29,990 bases of DNA from Elusimicrobiota bacterium (GTDB taxonomy: Bacteria > Elusimicrobiota > Elusimicrobia > Elusimicrobiales > UBA9959): positions 1 to 29,990 of the forward strand of contig JBAXKK010000024.1 in assembly GCA_037137395.1 (NCBI GenBank), read 5' to 3'. Each line of letters begins with the position of its first letter. Position 1 is the stretch's first letter. Positions 1 through 7,295 of the stretch are shown here, one piece after another. Under the pieces are notes generated by a model. That model was given only the letters and a program-made list of their open reading frames with translations. It was not told the origin of the DNA and searched no databases. Made by a program: the position numbers and the translations under genes.

Positions 1-436
1 TAAGCCAGCGCCCCGGCCTCGTCTTGCCGTATACTTTGCGCTTTAGCCGGGTTTTATACGGGCCGAGCCGCCTGTCCATGGTGGCAGCGCTCATGGCCAG
101 CAATAGGCGCTCCTCCATGGAACTTAATGGCCATTGCTGCTTTATATGCGGCAACCATAGAGGCAATAATGCTTTCAGCCTTACCGACCATGGCCGCTGT
201 GCGGCTATCCAGACTTCTTCCAGAATTCGTACAAGCCGGTTGGGATATACAGGGTCACGGAGCCGACTGATTATTTCCGGTGCAGGCTTTCGTATAAGCC
301 GGATGGCGTGTTTCCTGTGGCAGGCGAGCGTCTGGCTGACTTGCTCAATCAACCGACTCTTTTCTTTATTCCTGTTCGCATTTTTATAGATAGTTCGCAT
401 TTGTATCACGTATTCCCTCTTGGCGGAAAGGGTCAT
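1..436 (-). mobile_element. IS transposase, 5' part only (rve/DDE integrase-core, ISNCY-like); runs off the left edge
   Basis: Hand translation from ATG 436 (GGAGG SD upstream): MTLSAKREYVIQMRTIYKNANRNKEKSRLIEQVSQTLACHRKHAIRLIR...LLLAMSAATMDRRL...GKTRPGRWL. HRKHAIRL, MSAATxDRxL and TxPG are typical of this transposase group. Not in the supplied ORF track. Confidence 0.8.
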
Positions 437-478
437 CTGTATGCCTCCGGAGCGGTGGGTAACAGCCCAAAACCGTTC

Positions 479-535
479 GGTAACATTTTAGATGAGTTGA
501 TAACCCCATGTTGGGTAACATTTTACGTGAGTTGA
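479..535. repeat. 22-bp imperfect direct repeat at the probable IS end
   Basis: GGTAACATTTTAGATGAGTTGA (479-500) vs GGTAACATTTTACGTGAGTTGA (514-535), 20/22 identical; partial copy GGTAACA at 458-464. Confidence 0.75.
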
Positions 536-544
536 AGCGACGCA

Positions 545-574
545 TTGACTTTTTAAAAAAATATTTGCTAGGAT
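545..574 (+). promoter_or_regulatory. sigma70-type promoter, predicted TSS ~581
   Basis: TTGACT (545-550), 18-nt spacer, extended -10 TG-c-TAGGAT (566-574); the first aptamer starts right after the predicted TSS. Confidence 0.65.
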
Positions 575-581
575 TTAGTTA

Positions 582-648
582 CAGGCGAGACTTTACAGAC
601 TTAACTTGGCCCGGCCTGGGCGAAAGCCAAACTGCGACCTAAAGGAGT
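582..648 (+). promoter_or_regulatory. SAM-II/SAM-V-type riboswitch aptamer A
   Basis: P1 CAGGC(582-586)/GCCTG(614-618); UUU 592-594; UUGG(606-609) pairs CC-U-AA(638-642) with bulged U; ACUU(599-602)/GAGU(645-648); GGC-GAAA-GCC hairpin (619-628) in loop 3. Confidence 0.6.
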
Positions 649-700
649 TTTTTTATTGGTCTATAAAACATAATCTGAAGTTGCCACGCAGCAGGTGGCA

Positions 701-741
701 AGGTATTTAATATCCAACTTGTCACCTAAGACTAAAGCGGA
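701..741 (+). promoter_or_regulatory. SAM-II-type riboswitch aptamer B
   Basis: P1 AGGU(701-704, alternatively 693-696)/ACCU(724-727); UUU 706-708; UCC(713-715)-AAC-UUGUC(719-723) pairs GAC-U-AA(730-735)-AGC-GGA(739-741). Confidence 0.7.
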
Positions 742-763
742 ACAGCTGAAAATAATTGCTGAG

Positions 764-803
764 ACCCGCTTTCAACTACAAGTTGCCGGCGGGTTTTCCT
801 TTT
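764..803 (+). terminator. Intrinsic terminator (expression platform of aptamer B)
   Basis: ACCCGC(764-769)/GCGGGT(789-794) with inner CAAC/GTTG, then TTTTCCTTTT. Antiterminator helices CAACTTGT(715-722)/ACAAGTTG(778-785) and AAAGCGG(734-740)/CCGCTTT(766-772). Confidence 0.65.
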
Positions 804-837
804 CCGCCCCTATCACGGTAAATATAGAGGTATATAT

Positions 838-2169
838 ATGAAACGATCCAAAAGACGGTTTCGGCCATTCTGGCCGGTAAATGTTGAAGACGCGCCGGCA
901 TCTTCCGGCATAGAGCAGTTTGTTTCCTTAAGAGAGTTAAACCGATGGGCGTTTGACTTCCTTAAAACATATCTTTACGCGCTTCATTCCGGTACCCTGG
1001 CTAATATCGAGGTCAAAGTTAAATCCTTTCACGCCATGACGTCAATTAACCATCCCGTAATCTCAAAGCCGAGGATATCTTTTCAGGTTGAAAGCGGACT
1101 GGTCCAAATAGAGGATAGCTATGTTTACGCGCAGGTTAACTACGGCGGAGCCGATTATTCAGTTAATCTGTTAAGAATGAACCAGGATATGCAGGGTATT
1201 GTTTATGAGATTGTGGTTGCCGGGACCTCCGCCGAGGCTAAAAGGCCTGATACGCTCCGTGACCTTTTAATTAATACGGCAATAAGCAATTCCATGTACC
1301 GGGGTAAAATACTCCGCGTCCTGGAGGCTCCAGATGCGCATGATGACGAAGACCCCGGATGCCTGAATGTGGAAATCGTTAAAAATATTGAAGGCGCGAC
1401 TTTAAGCGATGTGTATTTGCCGGAGAACGTGTCTAAGGAACTGCGCAAGTTTATAGAGTGCGCCGGCAGATATGACGAATTAAAGCTCTCTCTCAGATAT
1501 TTGCTGTCAGGGCCTCCGGGCACGGGCAAAACCCAGATCGTCCGGGCCATAGCAAAAGCCTGCGAAGGGAAAGCTACAATCATTCTCGCCAGCGGAGGTG
1601 ACGCCCGGCTTAATATGCTCTTCTCCTTCGCTAATATTTTCAGCCCGGCCATACTCTGCATTGATGATATAGATCTGGTGGTAGGTGAAAGGGAGCGGAT
1701 GTATAATAAAAATGTCCTTGGAACCTTCCTGCAGAAGCTGGACGGCTTCGTTCAGAATAATGTGTTTGTGCTGGCCACCACTAATGACAAAGGTATGGTA
1801 GATATGGCCGCCAGCCGGCCCGGGCGGTTTGACCACATAATTGATGTCGGCGCCCTTGAGCCGCACAACTACCTTGACCTGGTGAAGCGGTGCACGAAGG
1901 ACCGGGAGATTGTGACTCTGTTTGAGGACGGAGATGTGCTGGCGCTTCTTAAGCATAAGGAGATAGTGGGCGCGTTTCTCGCTAATCTGGTTAAACAGAC
2001 GGTTATAAGTAAGATGACCAACGGCAAGGAAGGTATAGGTAAAACGGAGCTGCTGGCGATAATAAACCGCACCTACCGCGGCTTCTATCAAAATCCGTCA
2101 AAGGCGGGCGTCGGCTTCGCGCAAGCGCCGTTCGGCGGAGCGTCCATAATATCCTGCGAGAGCGAATAA
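838..2169 (+). CDS. AAA+ ATPase (single classic AAA domain, unrecognised N-terminal ~180 aa)
   Basis: Walker A GPPGTGKT, Walker B ILCIDDID, sensor-1 ATTN, SRH RPGRFD; SD GAGGT upstream. Confidence 0.85.
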   Translation: MKRSKRRFRPFWPVNVEDAPASSGIEQFVSLRELNRWAFDFLKTYLYALHSGTLANIEVKVKSFHAMTSINHPVISKPRISFQVESGLVQIEDSYVYAQVNYGGADYSVNLLRMNQDMQGIVYEIVVAGTSAEAKRPDTLRDLLINTAISNSMYRGKILRVLEAPDAHDDEDPGCLNVEIVKNIEGATLSDVYLPENVSKELRKFIECAGRYDELKLSLRYLLSGPPGTGKTQIVRAIAKACEGKATIILASGGDARLNMLFSFANIFSPAILCIDDIDLVVGERERMYNKNVLGTFLQKLDGFVQNNVFVLATTNDKGMVDMAASRPGRFDHIIDVGALEPHNYLDLVKRCTKDREIVTLFEDGDVLALLKHKEIVGAFLANLVKQTVISKMTNGKEGIGKTELLAIINRTYRGFYQNPSKAGVGFAQAPFGGASIISCESE

Positions 2170-2251
2170 TACGGATAAGCGCGCCAGAAGTAGCCGGGGT
2201 AAGGAAGGTTAAAAGGAATGTAAAGAAAAACAAACTAAACAAAAATTAAAA

Positions 2252-2304
2252 GGGCTATATTTATTCCAACTTGTTTGCCCGATCGGTCTGATAAACTAAA
2301 TAGG
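2252..2304 (+). promoter_or_regulatory. SAM-II-type riboswitch aptamer C (metK leader)
   Basis: P1 GGGC(2252-2255)/GCCC(2277-2280); UUU 2260-2262; CC(2266-2267)-AAC-UUGUUU(2271-2276) pairs AAAC-U-AA(2293-2299)-AUA-GG(2303-2304); directly upstream of SAM synthetase. Confidence 0.8.
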
Positions 2305-2330
2305 CGCGCCGGTTTTTTACGGCGCATCAG

Positions 2331-2368
2331 ACCGCTACCAAAATACAAGTTGGCAGCGGTTTATTTTT
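2331..2368 (+). terminator. Intrinsic terminator (expression platform of aptamer C)
   Basis: ACCGCTACCAA(2331-2341)/TTGGCAGCGGT(2350-2360), one mismatch, then TTATTTTT. Antiterminator CCAACTTGT(2266-2274)/ACAAGTTGG(2345-2353) and CGGTCTGAT(2284-2292)/ATCAGACCG(2326-2334). Confidence 0.75.
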
Positions 2369-2397
2369 AGCCGCCCAACATCGGAAAAGGAGCTGTT

Positions 2398-3558
2398 ATG
2401 CTGAAAGGAAATTACATGTTCACCTCGGAGTCGGTAACGGAAGGCCACCCGGATAAGGTCTGCGACCAGATCTCGGACGCGGTGTTGGATGAGATACTTA
2501 AAGAGGATCCGCTGGGCCGCGTGGCCTGCGAAACCATGGTTACAAACGGCCTGGTGGTAATAGGCGGCGAAATAACCACCAAAACCTATGTTGATGTCGA
2601 GAGCGTGGCCCGCAAGGTTATAAGCGATATAGGCTACAACTCGTCGGTCTATGGGTTTGACGCCAAGTCCTGCGCGGTAATAAGCGCCATACACAAGCAA
2701 TCGAAAAATATAGCGCGGGGCGTTAACACCGGCGGGGCGGGAGATCAGGGGATGATGTTCGGTTACGCCTGCGATGAAACGCCGGAGCTTATGCCGCTAC
2801 CCATATACCTGGCGCACAAACTGGCGCAGCGCCTTTCCGAAGTCCGCAAGACGGATGTGTTGGATTACCTTGGCCCGGACGGCAAATCACAGGTTTCGGT
2901 GGAATACAGGGACAGCCGCCCGGTAGGCGTTACGGACATCGTGCTTTCCACGCAGCACACTGAGAAAATACTGGATAAGACCGGTGAGAAGATAACACGG
3001 GAGTCCAAAGATGAACTGATCGAGACTGTTATAAAGCCGGTGCTGGGCGACTGGATAAAGGGCGGGGTGAAGTTCCACATAAACCCGACTGGAACGTTTC
3101 TCATAGGCGGGCCGCAGGCTGATACCGGGCTTACAGGCAGGAAGATAGTGGTGGACACCTATGGCGGCATGGCGCCGCACGGCGGCGGGGCTTTCTCAGG
3201 CAAGGACCCCACAAAGGTGGACCGTTCGGCGGCGTATATGGCCCGCTACATCGCAAAGAATATCGTGGCCGCTGGCTTGGCGCGCAACTGTCTGGTGCAG
3301 ATCGCTTATGCCATAGGTATCGCGGAGCCGGTGTCCTTCCTGGTGAATACTTACGGCACCGGCAGGGCGGCTGACGAGCGGCTTACTGAGATAGCCCGCG
3401 CGCTGTTCCCGCTTAAGCCCGTTGATATCATAAGCGCTCTGAACCTGCGCAAGCCGGTGTACCTGCGGACCGCCGCCTACGGACACTTCGGCCGCGACGG
3501 CTTCGCCTGGGAAAACACCGATAAGGCGGAAGCCCTGAAAAAGGAGGCGCTTAACTAG
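2398..3558 (+). CDS. metK: S-adenosylmethionine synthetase
   Basis: [36 protein letters not shown] signatures; SD AAGGAG. Confidence 0.98.
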   Translation: MLKGNYMFTSESVTEGHPDKVCDQISDAVLDEILKEDPLGRVACETMVTNGLVVIGGEITTKTYVDVESVARKVISDIGYNSSVYGFDAKSCAVISAIHKQSKNIARGVNTGGAGDQGMMFGYACDETPELMPLPIYLAHKLAQRLSEVRKTDVLDYLGPDGKSQVSVEYRDSRPVGVTDIVLSTQHTEKILDKTGEKITRESKDELIETVIKPVLGDWIKGGVKFHINPTGTFLIGGPQADTGLTGRKIVVDTYGGMAPHGGGAFSGKDPTKVDRSAAYMARYIAKNIVAAGLARNCLVQIAYAIGIAEPVSFLVNTYGTGRAADERLTEIARALFPLKPVDIISALNLRKPVYLRTAAYGHFGRDGFAWENTDKAEALKKEALN

Positions 3559-3863
3559 CCGTCGTTTGAAATACAAATAACGATCATAGAGAGTAGGGTT
3601 AGCTTGAAAGTTGCAACTGCAACTTTCCGTCCGCATAGCGGGCGCCCATTCGGGAGGCATACACCTCTTTGGGCCGGGCGCGCATAGCGCTGGGCCCTCA
3701 GCCCGCTATGCGGGGAATCCTGCAGAATAACTCTGTTCCCTGATTTCCTAAGTGAAATCTATCGTGAACTGCAGGATTCAGGTTGGGGAACGGCCCGTCT
3801 GAAACCCTTGCCAACCTGCCGCCGCACGGCGGTAAGGTGGAACAGCCGACCTTAGGAGGAACT

Positions 3864-5375
3864 ATGAAAAAAATATTATCTTCACAGAATACCGCGGAAC
3901 TGACTGCAAATAAAAAAACAATTATTGGTGAGCCGACAGCTCCGCCAAAGCTCTCCCGGCTGGCCGGGCTCGGTGTTTACGGCTTTGACCGCTCCGAGCC
4001 GGTGATATTGGCGGCGCTGATCACTGAAGATCCGCTGCTGTTGATAGGCCCGTCGGGAACAGGCAAGACCTATCTGCTGAACACGCTATCGGAGGCGCTG
4101 GGCCTTAATCACCGCCATTACAACGCGAGCCTCATTTCTTTTGACGACCTTGTCGGATTTCCGTACCCGGATAAAGACAATGCCGGCGTCAAATTCCTGG
4201 AAACGCCGGCCACCGTGTGGGGCGCCCAGTCCGTACTGATCGACGAGATCAGCCGCTGCAAGCCCGAGCATCAGAATCGGCTCTTCTCGCTGATCCATGA
4301 GCGGCGGATTCAGGGAATCCCTTTGACAAAACTGCGCTTCCGCTGGGCGGCCATGAACCCCTGCTCGTCAGATCAGGGAAGCATTGAGGATTATGCAGGT
4401 TCTGAGGCGCTGGACCCGGCACTCGCCGACCGGTTTTCTCTTTTTGTGCAGGCGGCGGATTGGAATGAGCTTACTAAGGAAGAGCGCCTGCTCATCGCGG
4501 CGCCTGCCGGTGAGGGCCGGGTGGCCAATGATGGCGGCCGCCTCCGCGATGAGGTGGCGCTCTGGCGCAAAGAGTTTTTGTCGCGGTTGGAAAGTTGCCC
4601 GCCGATAATTTCAACCTATGTCGAAGCCGCCATCACGGCGCTAAGCGCTGGTGGCGCGCGGCTTTCCCCGCGCCGCTCAACCCTGATGACAAGAAGTTTA
4701 TTCGCTGCGACCATCGCGGTGTGCAATCAATCAGAGTCCATCTTCCGCAGTATCCTGCAAGCCAGCTTACCGCACCAGTGCTGGGGCGTTGCGATAAAGC
4801 GCGAAACAGTGGCGGCGGCGCACAGGGTAGCCTGGGCCAGCGCCCAGCCGGACTCTCCCGGTATCTGGCTGCATTCTTTTATGGCCGAGAAAAATCTGGC
4901 GCGCAAGCTGGCTATACTTGTGGAAAAGTGCGATTCCCCGGATAGCGGCACCCAGGCTGTGGCCGAGCTGCTGGCCTCGGAGGCGCCGGAACGCGCAGCC
5001 GCCTTTGCTTTTGTCACCTATCCCGCCGCTGTCGCGGGAAAGCTGCCTATCGGCGCCGAGGGGGTAAACGACCTCGGCAAGGCGGCTGCGCCATTTCTTA
5101 CCGCTAAAGGAGATATTGTCTGGCAGGAGCGAAAATCAACTATGACTCTGAAACAGGCGTTTGTGGCGGCGGCGACGCAGGGAAAACAAACGAAGCACCC
5201 TGACTTCGTCCGCTACGCGGCAGTCCTAAATAATTTGGAGGGCGGGCGCGCGGAACGCGCCAAGCAGTTTTTTAACGGCTGCCTGGCGCAAAAATACACG
5301 GTGGCCGATCCGGAAGGATTGGAAATTGAGATAAACCAATGTGTGGAAATCCTGACGCAGCGAGGTCTGATATGA
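3864..5375 (+). CDS. MoxR-like AAA+ ATPase with C-terminal extension
   Basis: GPSGTGKT, LIDEISR, WAAMNP, LDPALADRF; start moved to ATG 3864 because of AGGAGG at 3854-3859. Confidence 0.85.
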   Translation: MKKILSSQNTAELTANKKTIIGEPTAPPKLSRLAGLGVYGFDRSEPVILAALITEDPLLLIGPSGTGKTYLLNTLSEALGLNHRHYNASLISFDDLVGFPYPDKDNAGVKFLETPATVWGAQSVLIDEISRCKPEHQNRLFSLIHERRIQGIPLTKLRFRWAAMNPCSSDQGSIEDYAGSEALDPALADRFSLFVQAADWNELTKEERLLIAAPAGEGRVANDGGRLRDEVALWRKEFLSRLESCPPIISTYVEAAITALSAGGARLSPRRSTLMTRSLFAATIAVCNQSESIFRSILQASLPHQCWGVAIKRETVAAAHRVAWASAQPDSPGIWLHSFMAEKNLARKLAILVEKCDSPDSGTQAVAELLASEAPERAAAFAFVTYPAAVAGKLPIGAEGVNDLGKAAAPFLTAKGDIVWQERKSTMTLKQAFVAAATQGKQTKHPDFVRYAAVLNNLEGGRAERAKQFFNGCLAQKYTVADPEGLEIEINQCVEILTQRGLI

Positions 5376-5821
5376 GCGCGTATTGGGATGTCCTTCAGAA
5401 TGTGGGCGGTCAGGGGCGTAAGTGGCGTAAGCAAAAGATTCACTCGTCCATTCTGGGTAAAAGCGACGGTGTCCCGCGCTGTCGGCTTGTTACCCGCCTG
5501 TGTCTTGGTTTTGCCGCCGGTGAAGATCCGGTCACCGTTATTAACGGGATTCTGGCGGGAAAGGGATACAGCAGCCCGGAACAACTGCGCGGCGCGTTCA
5601 GCCTGCCGGCAGGGCGGCTTATATGCAGACCGGCTGGAAAAATCATACGCGGCGTCTACCTCAGGGTAAAGACCGCCGATCGGGATAAAGTTCTTGAGCA
5701 GGCCCTGCTGCTGGGGCTTTGCACAAGCCAGATCTTTGACCCCGCGCGCCCAGTGCTCTGGACAACCGTCAGCCTTACGCGCGCCCTTGAACTTTTTGAC
5801 CCGGCGGGGTTCTACTTATGA
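5372..5821 (+). CDS. Hypothetical protein (149 aa)
   Basis: ATGA overlaps with both neighbours (5372-5375 and 5818-5821), exactly filling the gap; no recognised motif. Confidence 0.7.
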   Translation: MSAYWDVLQNVGGQGRKWRKQKIHSSILGKSDGVPRCRLVTRLCLGFAAGEDPVTVINGILAGKGYSSPEQLRGAFSLPAGRLICRPAGKIIRGVYLRVKTADRDKVLEQALLLGLCTSQIFDPARPVLWTTVSLTRALELFDPAGFYL

Positions 5822-7212
5822 ACGATATAAATGAAAAACGCTTCCGTGAGATCGTCATAGAGCTGATTGACGAGAATCCCTTCGCTATAAGGGCGGTACT
5901 AAAGATCCTGGATATCGTCGTCACTGCCGGCATTCCTACGCTTGCCGTTACTTGTGAGAGCCATCCGCGGCTTTTAGTCAGCCTGGAATTCCTGAAAAAG
6001 TATTGTCGGGACGACCAGCAGGTTAAGGCCGTCATCTGCCATGAATTCCTGCATGTGCTTCTTCGCCACACGGAAACCAGGGGCGCCTTTAGCGCGGCGA
6101 AGCATATGGCGTTTGACGCCGTAATCAACGCTATTATTCACCGCCAGTACGGCGCCGCTTATTCTTCTATGATGTCGAACTATTACGCGGAAGCGCAGGA
6201 TCTTACAAAGCTGCTGCGCCCAATGAACGCGCAAGAGCGCGCCTCGTACGCGAGACAGCAATCTGACCAGCGTTTTGGTCTGCCGCAATGGGTGCATACG
6301 TGGGACGCGCTCTATAAGGGCCGCCTTGTCGTCGATGATATTGAGGCGCTTATTGTGGATATGAAAAATATCGGCGGTGCCGATGGGCTAGAGGACGACG
6401 CCGGGTCCGGCTTATTCAAACTTAAGACCGGGCTGCCAGAGGGGCTTGATAATCTGCTCGGCGATCATGAAAATATTGGGAAACCGCTGCCGGAGGGATT
6501 GCGCGACGCGCTTGAAGAGGCGCTCAGGCAAATGGATGGTTCGGGAATCTGGCATAGCCCCAAAAGCCGCGGTGTCGGGGCTAACCCCTATGAGACGCTG
6601 CTCACCGCGCACAACGACCCAATGCGCAACTGGGAGAGGAAGACGCTTGAGATCCTTAAGCGGCACCTATCGCCGGATAGGCATTCGCGCGCCAGGCGCC
6701 TTGAGGAAGCGGCGGCCCATATCCCCGTGCTTTCGCCCAAAGACCGCAGGGCATTTATGCGCGCTCTGTGGGCGCCGTTTCTGCCTGATGCCGAATGGAA
6801 CACGCAGCAGCCAAAGCGTGAAGGCACGGCTCAGGTGTATCTGGATGTTTCAGGTTCTATGTGCGCTGAAATGCCGACATTGATCGCGCTTCTTGGCAGG
6901 CTGTTATGCTACATTCGCCGCCCGTTCTGGGCCTTCAGTGACGGGGTCGCCCCGGCTGTGATAGAGCAGGGGCAGCTTAAAGCGCGAAGCACGGGCGGAA
7001 CGAACATGACTTGCGTTCTGGAACACATCGCGAAGACCAGACCCGCGGCCGCCGTGATAGTGAGCGATGGTCATATTGAAACCCTTGACCCCCGGCTGGT
7101 CGCCAGGATCGCAGGCACGCGGCTGCATGTCCTGGTCACTCGCGGCGGCAGTACAGAAGAGTTGCGGCGCGCCGGGCTGTCTTATACCCGGTTGAGGAGG
7201 ATATCTGCATGA
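5818..7212 (+). CDS. Putative metallopeptidase-vWA protein (DUF2201-like)
   Basis: N-terminal HEXXH (CHEFLHVLLRH); C-terminal MIDAS DVSGS, STGGT, IVSDG. Confidence 0.8.
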   Translation: MNDINEKRFREIVIELIDENPFAIRAVLKILDIVVTAGIPTLAVTCESHPRLLVSLEFLKKYCRDDQQVKAVICHEFLHVLLRHTETRGAFSAAKHMAFDAVINAIIHRQYGAAYSSMMSNYYAEAQDLTKLLRPMNAQERASYARQQSDQRFGLPQWVHTWDALYKGRLVVDDIEALIVDMKNIGGADGLEDDAGSGLFKLKTGLPEGLDNLLGDHENIGKPLPEGLRDALEEALRQMDGSGIWHSPKSRGVGANPYETLLTAHNDPMRNWERKTLEILKRHLSPDRHSRARRLEEAAAHIPVLSPKDRRAFMRALWAPFLPDAEWNTQQPKREGTAQVYLDVSGSMCAEMPTLIALLGRLLCYIRRPFWAFSDGVAPAVIEQGQLKARSTGGTNMTCVLEHIAKTRPAAAVIVSDGHIETLDPRLVARIAGTRLHVLVTRGGSTEELRRAGLSYTRLRRISA

Positions 7213-7295
7213 TTCTGATTTAGAAATGGTTGTGTTACCAGGTAGCGAATACGGTTGTTTGCAGGTGGTGAAAGCGGAAGGAGGCAGTAAAAATA

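Noticed and set aside
24..535. Plus-strand ORFs 24-389 and 308-535
   Set aside because: Antisense shadows of the transposase and IS end; no motifs.
458..535. 22-bp repeats as a CRISPR array
   Set aside because: Only two full copies, 13-nt spacer, no cas genes, adjacent to a transposase.
3783..3863. TTG start at 3783 for the MoxR ATPase
   Set aside because: Lies in the structured spacer; ATG 3864 has AGGAGG.
7213..7295. Possible fourth SAM-II aptamer (CTG-ATTTA...TTG...CAG)
   Set aside because: No C-U-AAA strand or P2a partner, and no terminator.
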